Shown: positions 58,445 through 62,573 of the stretch, piece after piece
Numbering within the stretch: position 1 is the first letter of the stretch
Layout: the number at the start of each line of letters is the position of its first letter
Virus record (IMG/VR): IMGVR_UViG_3300049139_000046
Coordinates: 1 to 62,573 of that record
Reading direction: 5' to 3' (one strand)
From: a virus
Taxonomy: Duplodnaviria; Caudoviricetes
DNA length: 62,573 nucleotides
Notes under the pieces: model-generated
The model's input: only the letters and a program-made list of their open reading frames with translations
Told to the model about the DNA's origin: nothing
The model's database searches: none
Program-made: the position numbers and the translations under genes

Positions 58445-60441
58445 CTTCTTGCCGAACGTCTGCCCCAGTCGGGTGACGAGATCCGCCCCCGCTTGCTGAT
58501 CATCCGCTTGCCGGGGGCGACGGCTGTCGGGAAGTCGCTAACTTCCTCGAACTGACTGTCACGTTCGGCAGACTGAAGCGCATCCACTCGGGACGGCGTC
58601 TTCTGAATCTCCAGACCCTTGACGTTCTGGGTCACGGTCGTGCCGTCACTCCACTGAATGCGTGCTCGGCCTGGTGCAAGAGGCACCGGAGACTTCACGA
58701 CCAAGCCCACGCCTGTGTCGCTGCGGACCGGTGTACCGACGCTCAGAGTCGTGGGTGTCTCAACTCGACGCCAAGTTTCACGTGGAACTGCTGGAGCCGT
58801 TTCGTCCAGATTCGGACTGGCTACTGGACTGGCTACTGGACTGGCGATTCCAGTTGGTTGAACTCCTCGAGCAGCATCCGGTTGTGGCTGTCCTCCGGTT
58901 GCCACTTCACCGCCTTGGCCCACCACCCCGACACTTGAACCAGGTTGCCCTCGTTGTTCAGGAACAGCCACCGGTCGATCCGGCACAACAGGAGCGGGCT
59001 GAGGTACGTCGCGTGGTACGGCCGGTCCCACATCATTCCCGGCAGCAGGAAGTCGTTCACCAACATCAGCCTTCTCCCGCGCCCGCATGAGCGCCAGTTG
59101 CATGGCATTCGGTTCTGGCGCATCCACCGCTTGGATGGCCTGCTCGACTTGCTGCTGTCGTACCGCTTCTTCGATTCTGGGCGCATCAGCATCACGAACC
59201 GCTTGTGCTGCCGCTTCCGACTGAGGCGCAAACGCAGCGTCCTGGCGAGCCTCATCAAGCGTCCCCAGCGTTGTCCGCATCTGGTCTTCTGCTGCGGCAA
59301 CCTCACCCTCGGCAAAGTCCCTTGCCCGGCCCAGCGCCTCGTCCGTCATCCGGTTCACATCGGATGGCTGATCGGCAGCGGTCATCAGGGACTCTTCCAC
59401 CAGACGGCCGGCAGCCATGATGGCGTCGTCCACCGTTGGAGCTGAGTCGATTTCGGCCAGAACTTCGCCCGGAGTCGGGGGCGTTTTGCGTCCGACAGCG
59501 CCGGCAACAACACCGCCCGGGGCCGAGATCAGTGCTTCCTGAACCCCGCCCAGTAGGACGTCCTCCCCCAGCGGTTGGGAAGGTAGTTGCCCTTGGACCG
59601 CGTAGTTCTGCGCTGCCTGTTGGGTAGCGCCTTCCACGAACTCACCGCCAACCTCTGTTCCGACTGTCCTTGCGAACCCTGGATTCCTGCCAAAGAGTGC
59701 TCCCTCCGCTCCGATCCGACCGCTGAGTACCCCGATCCCACCGCCGGCAGCCATACCACCGATCAGTCTCGGATCGACCCTGCCTGCGATCTCTGTCTTG
59801 GCGGTGGACTCATCCACGCCCTGATTTCGCAGCGCCGCATATTCCGGGCTTTCCGCCTGCAACTGAGCGTCCGGAGCACGCATGATGGTGTCGGCGTAGC
59901 CACCACGGACACCGCCCGCACCGACCGTCCCTCCGAGGGTGCTGGTGGCCCCTAGAGCTGCTCTCGACCCTGCCGCTGCCTGCTCTGCTACCCCAAGCCC
60001 TTGAGTGGCTGCACGGCCCGCTCCTGCGACCTGAGCCACCCGTCCGGCGGCTGCGAAGGGGCCGAAGTTGCCCACTGCCTCAGGCAGGAGCACCGTGACC
60101 GGGTTGGACAGCGCATGACCCAGATACTCCAGAACCCCGGTATCGCCACGCTCCTTGGCTTCAGCGACGAGCTGGTCCAGATTCTGGCGTAGCTTCTGCC
60201 GGTAGTCCGACTGGTTGGACTGGCCTTCGGTGATGAACTCCGACAGGGACTTTGCCGTGTCCCCAGTGGGAGAAACGAGACTCACCCCAGCCTTAGCCAA
60301 TCCCGCCACGGCGTTGCCGGCGTCGATGACGAAGTCGTTCGCCTTGGCGAACAAGTTTCGATCGTCTTTCAACGGCTCCTGCGGCCGAAGGATGTCGTCG
60401 AAGTAGGACGGCTCTCCAACGATGTCATCGAAGTAGGCCAT
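58306..60441 (-). CDS. Large polyvalent protein, N-terminal part (frameshift near 58490)
   Basis: MAYFDDI start, Ala/Gly-rich hydrophobic helices, EFVEGATQQAAQN. Confidence 0.75.
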   Translation of the reverse strand: MAYFDDIVGEPSYFDDILRPQEPLKDDRNLFAKANDFVIDAGNAVAGLAKAGVSLVSPTGDTAKSLSEFITEGQSNQSDYRQKLRQNLDQLVAEAKERGDTGVLEYLGHALSNPVTVLLPEAVGNFGPFAAAGRVAQVAGAGRAATQGLGVAEQAAAGSRAALGATSTLGGTVGAGGVRGGYADTIMRAPDAQLQAESPEYAALRNQGVDESTAKTEIAGRVDPRLIGGMAAGGGIGVLSGRIGAEGALFGRNPGFARTVGTEVGGEFVEGATQQAAQNYAVQGQLPSQPLGEDVLLGGVQEALISAPGGVVAGAVGRKTPPTPGEVLAEIDSAPTVDDAIMAAGRLVEESLMTAADQPSDVNRMTDEALGRARDFAEGEVAAAEDQMRTTLGTLDEARQDAAFAPQSEAAAQAVRDADAPRIEEAVRQQQVEQAIQAVDAPEPNAMQLALMRAREKADVGERLPAAGNDVGPAVPRDVPQPAPVVPDRPVAVPEQRGQPGSSVGVVGQGGEVATGGQPQPDAARGVQPTGIASPVASPVASPNLDETAPAVPRETWRRVETPTTLSVGTPVRSDTGVGLVVKSPVPLAPGRARIQWSDGTTVTQNVKGLEIQKTPSRVDALQSAERDSQFEEVSDFPTAVAPGKRMISKRGRISSPDWGRRSARRWCSSGRPAGSTSTALSCLTTTRPSTSTPRPLTRTIWWLPVMKSRT

Positions 60442-61554
60442 CTACCTCAGCCTTGCGTTGAGTGCCGCCCTCTGCCTGCCTGAAAGCTCCGTTCCAAACC
60501 GCTCAAGGACTTCCCGCGCAGCCTCGGCTGACATGCTCGAGATACGCTCCGGGGTTATCGACTTGACCTCGCTCGCCCGAGCTGCTGATGATTCACGCCT
60601 TGCCCGAACAGCATCCAGTTCCCGCTGTACCTCCAGATCGCGCTCGGACAGAACAGGTTCGCTGGCGAAGCCTGGCTTGGCAGCGCCGCTCAGAAGACCA
60701 GCCTTGGGTTCCTCTTTCGCAGCAGGCGCCTGACCGCCCTTGGACGTCAGCCCGCTCAGGACGTCCACCGGGACGCCCAGCCGGCGGGCTTCTTCGATCG
60801 CACCGGACAGTTTGCTCGGGTCTGAGCGGAAGGATTCCAGCCGACTCACGATCGCCGTACGCTTGGTCGGGTCTAGACTGTCCCACTGAGATGTCGGAGC
60901 CTTCGTGGTGTCGCCTTGAAGCATTCCACGAATTTCCTGATTGATCCGATTGACCTGCTCCTGCGATCCCGTCGGATCATTTCGGATCAGCGAATCACGC
61001 TCAGACTTCATCGCGCTGATCACTTCCAGTGTTCGCTGATCTACGTCTTTCGGACCCTTGACCGGCTGACCGTTGTGCTCCACCAGCCTGGTCGATCCAT
61101 CGGACATCAGTTGCAGATATGTACCGTCACCCTGTGGAATCAGCCTGGGTTGCTCAGGTGACCGAATACTCGCCGCAGCGATCCGATTCTTCCGATTGGC
61201 TTCACCCTCATCTGCCAAGAACTCCCGCTGTGCAGCAGACTCGTCAGACCTCCAGGTCCGATCCTCACCAGCCCGGGCTCCAGCCAGTTCGTCTTGCTTG
61301 ATGATTCGCTCCACCCCTTGGGTATGGAGGATTCCAAGTTCGTCCTTCCGGTAGCCGTGCCGAACCCCTGCCTCGTTCAAGTTGTTCTTGGACCGAAGTT
61401 CCTCCAGATAGGTCTGCCGGTCCAGTTCGTTCTTCGCCCGGATGGCTTCCAGCGCAGCCTTATGCTCTGCGATCCCACGATCCCGGGAAGCCACTTGGTA
61501 AGCGGCCCCACCGCCCTGCATGGCCCCTGCGAGAATCCCTCCGAACAAGCTCAT
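60442..61554 (-). CDS. Putative ejection protein
   Basis: GGILAGAMQGGG N-terminus, charged helical body. Confidence 0.6.
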   Translation of the reverse strand: MSLFGGILAGAMQGGGAAYQVASRDRGIAEHKAALEAIRAKNELDRQTYLEELRSKNNLNEAGVRHGYRKDELGILHTQGVERIIKQDELAGARAGEDRTWRSDESAAQREFLADEGEANRKNRIAAASIRSPEQPRLIPQGDGTYLQLMSDGSTRLVEHNGQPVKGPKDVDQRTLEVISAMKSERDSLIRNDPTGSQEQVNRINQEIRGMLQGDTTKAPTSQWDSLDPTKRTAIVSRLESFRSDPSKLSGAIEEARRLGVPVDVLSGLTSKGGQAPAAKEEPKAGLLSGAAKPGFASEPVLSERDLEVQRELDAVRARRESSAARASEVKSITPERISSMSAEAAREVLERFGTELSGRQRAALNARLR

Positions 61555-62096
61555 ACCGGCCTCCGGCTGGCAAGAATCCCCTGCTCATCAGGAGGAGGTG
61601 GAACGACTGTCGGTTCAGCAGGCGGGGCAGGAGGTTGAGGTGGTTGCTGTGGTTGGCCCGGACCGACTACTCCCCCCGTTGGATCCTTGCCGATGTTCGA
61701 CTTCTGCATCAGCGCCGCCAGCAGTTCCTCGATCGTGTTCCCGGTGAAAGCCGGATCTGCCGGCAGCATACCTGCCTCGTCCAGAAACTTCAGCACCTCG
61801 ACCGCAAGCAGGGCACCGGCCGGCACCATCAACTCCACCGGAATCGCATCCGACTCACGGTTGATCAGAGTCAAGATAGCGGCTACCCCGTGAGCGACTT
61901 TCCGCGGGTCGCTGTCATCATCGATGTCCTTGAACCCCTTCCAGACCTGTTCTCGGGTTTCCGCGTCGAACAGGATCTGGCGGCCGGAGACGACGATCTT
62001 TTCCAGCGTCTCGGCATGCTCCGGCTGCACCTGGCCCAGGATGCCTTGTTCGATCGACTGCAGATGCTGTTCAGCGGCCACGTCTTTCCCTCTCAA
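61551..62096 (-). CDS. Putative internal virion protein
   Basis: KIVVSGRQILFD...MVPAGALL; Pro-rich tail. Confidence 0.6.
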   Translation of the reverse strand: MRGKDVAAEQHLQSIEQGILGQVQPEHAETLEKIVVSGRQILFDAETREQVWKGFKDIDDDSDPRKVAHGVAAILTLINRESDAIPVELMVPAGALLAVEVLKFLDEAGMLPADPAFTGNTIEELLAALMQKSNIGKDPTGGVVGPGQPQQPPQPPAPPAEPTVVPPPPDEQGILASRRPV

Positions 62097-62434
62097 GGAC
62101 GCCCAGCGGCGAAAGCTTCACGCCGATCGGCAGTTGGGAACCGGAGTTACGCATCTTCGGCATCTCGGTCGTCAGGCTCGGCCGATCGCCCCAGTTGATC
62201 TTGGCGTAGGACGATCCTTGGAAGTTCCGGGACTTCGCGGCAATCGCCTTGTCGCTCTCAGCCGATTCGTGGGCGAGCTTCTTGTCCAGCATTTCTTCTT
62301 CGCGCTTGCCTTGCTCATGGCTGGCGATGCCTGAACCAATTCCGCTGACAATGCCTCCGACGAGTTGTCCACCGCCGGCTGTTTTGGCGAAATCGAAAAC
62401 TTGACTGTACCAACTCTGTGCCGGGGCTAAACCA
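62071..62434 (-). CDS. 3' part of the origin-spanning protein that starts at 668
   Basis: In frame across the terminal overlap. Confidence 0.75.
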
Positions 62435-62560
62435 TTGCTCACATTGGCCGCCGTGGCGGCATTGCTCGCAACAGTGGCCGCCGGCGCAGCACTACTTGCA
62501 GCAGACGCTGCTTCGGCTGCCTGCAGGGCCTCGATGCTGTTGGTGGCGCCTGCGGCGGCG
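62435..62560. repeat. Terminal direct repeat, copy 2
   Basis: Identical to 1-126. Confidence 0.95.
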
Positions 62561-62573
62561 GCCACTGTTGCGA

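Noticed and set aside
58814-58845. 12-nt tandem repeat (ASPV x3) as a contingency locus
   Set aside because: In frame within a low-complexity linker; copy change would not shift the frame
62556-62573. Terminal 18 nt are the reverse complement of 32-49, suggesting a hairpin telomere
   Set aside because: It lies inside a coding region at the contig tip and no protelomerase is recognisable; a fold-back read chimera is more likely

Overview
The window is an apparently complete, circularly assembled temperate phage genome of about 62,434 bp. Bases 1-126 recur at 62435-62560, and one ORF reads in frame across the join. The minus strand carries a podovirus-like virion module: terminase, portal, scaffold, N4-gp56-type capsid, adaptor/nozzle, ejection proteins and a frameshift-split polyvalent protein. 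It also carries a second late operon of large carbohydrate-binding or lyase appendages and the lysis genes. A lambdoid cI/cro/cII switch, replication and recombination genes, xis/int and an intact tRNA-type attP are present; a Burkholderiales-like host is my inference. The most unusual layer is RNA-level control: a ~370-nt structured ncRNA cluster between portal and scaffold, a divergent Hfq/Sm-like gene, c4-like stems, a start-codon-sequestering leader shared by three HNH genes, and a bipartite late promoter. The C5 methyltransferase has an in-frame HNH domain, a nested alternative-frame ORF and a cassette-like variable region. All protein assignments are by eye from motifs and gene order; no searches were run.
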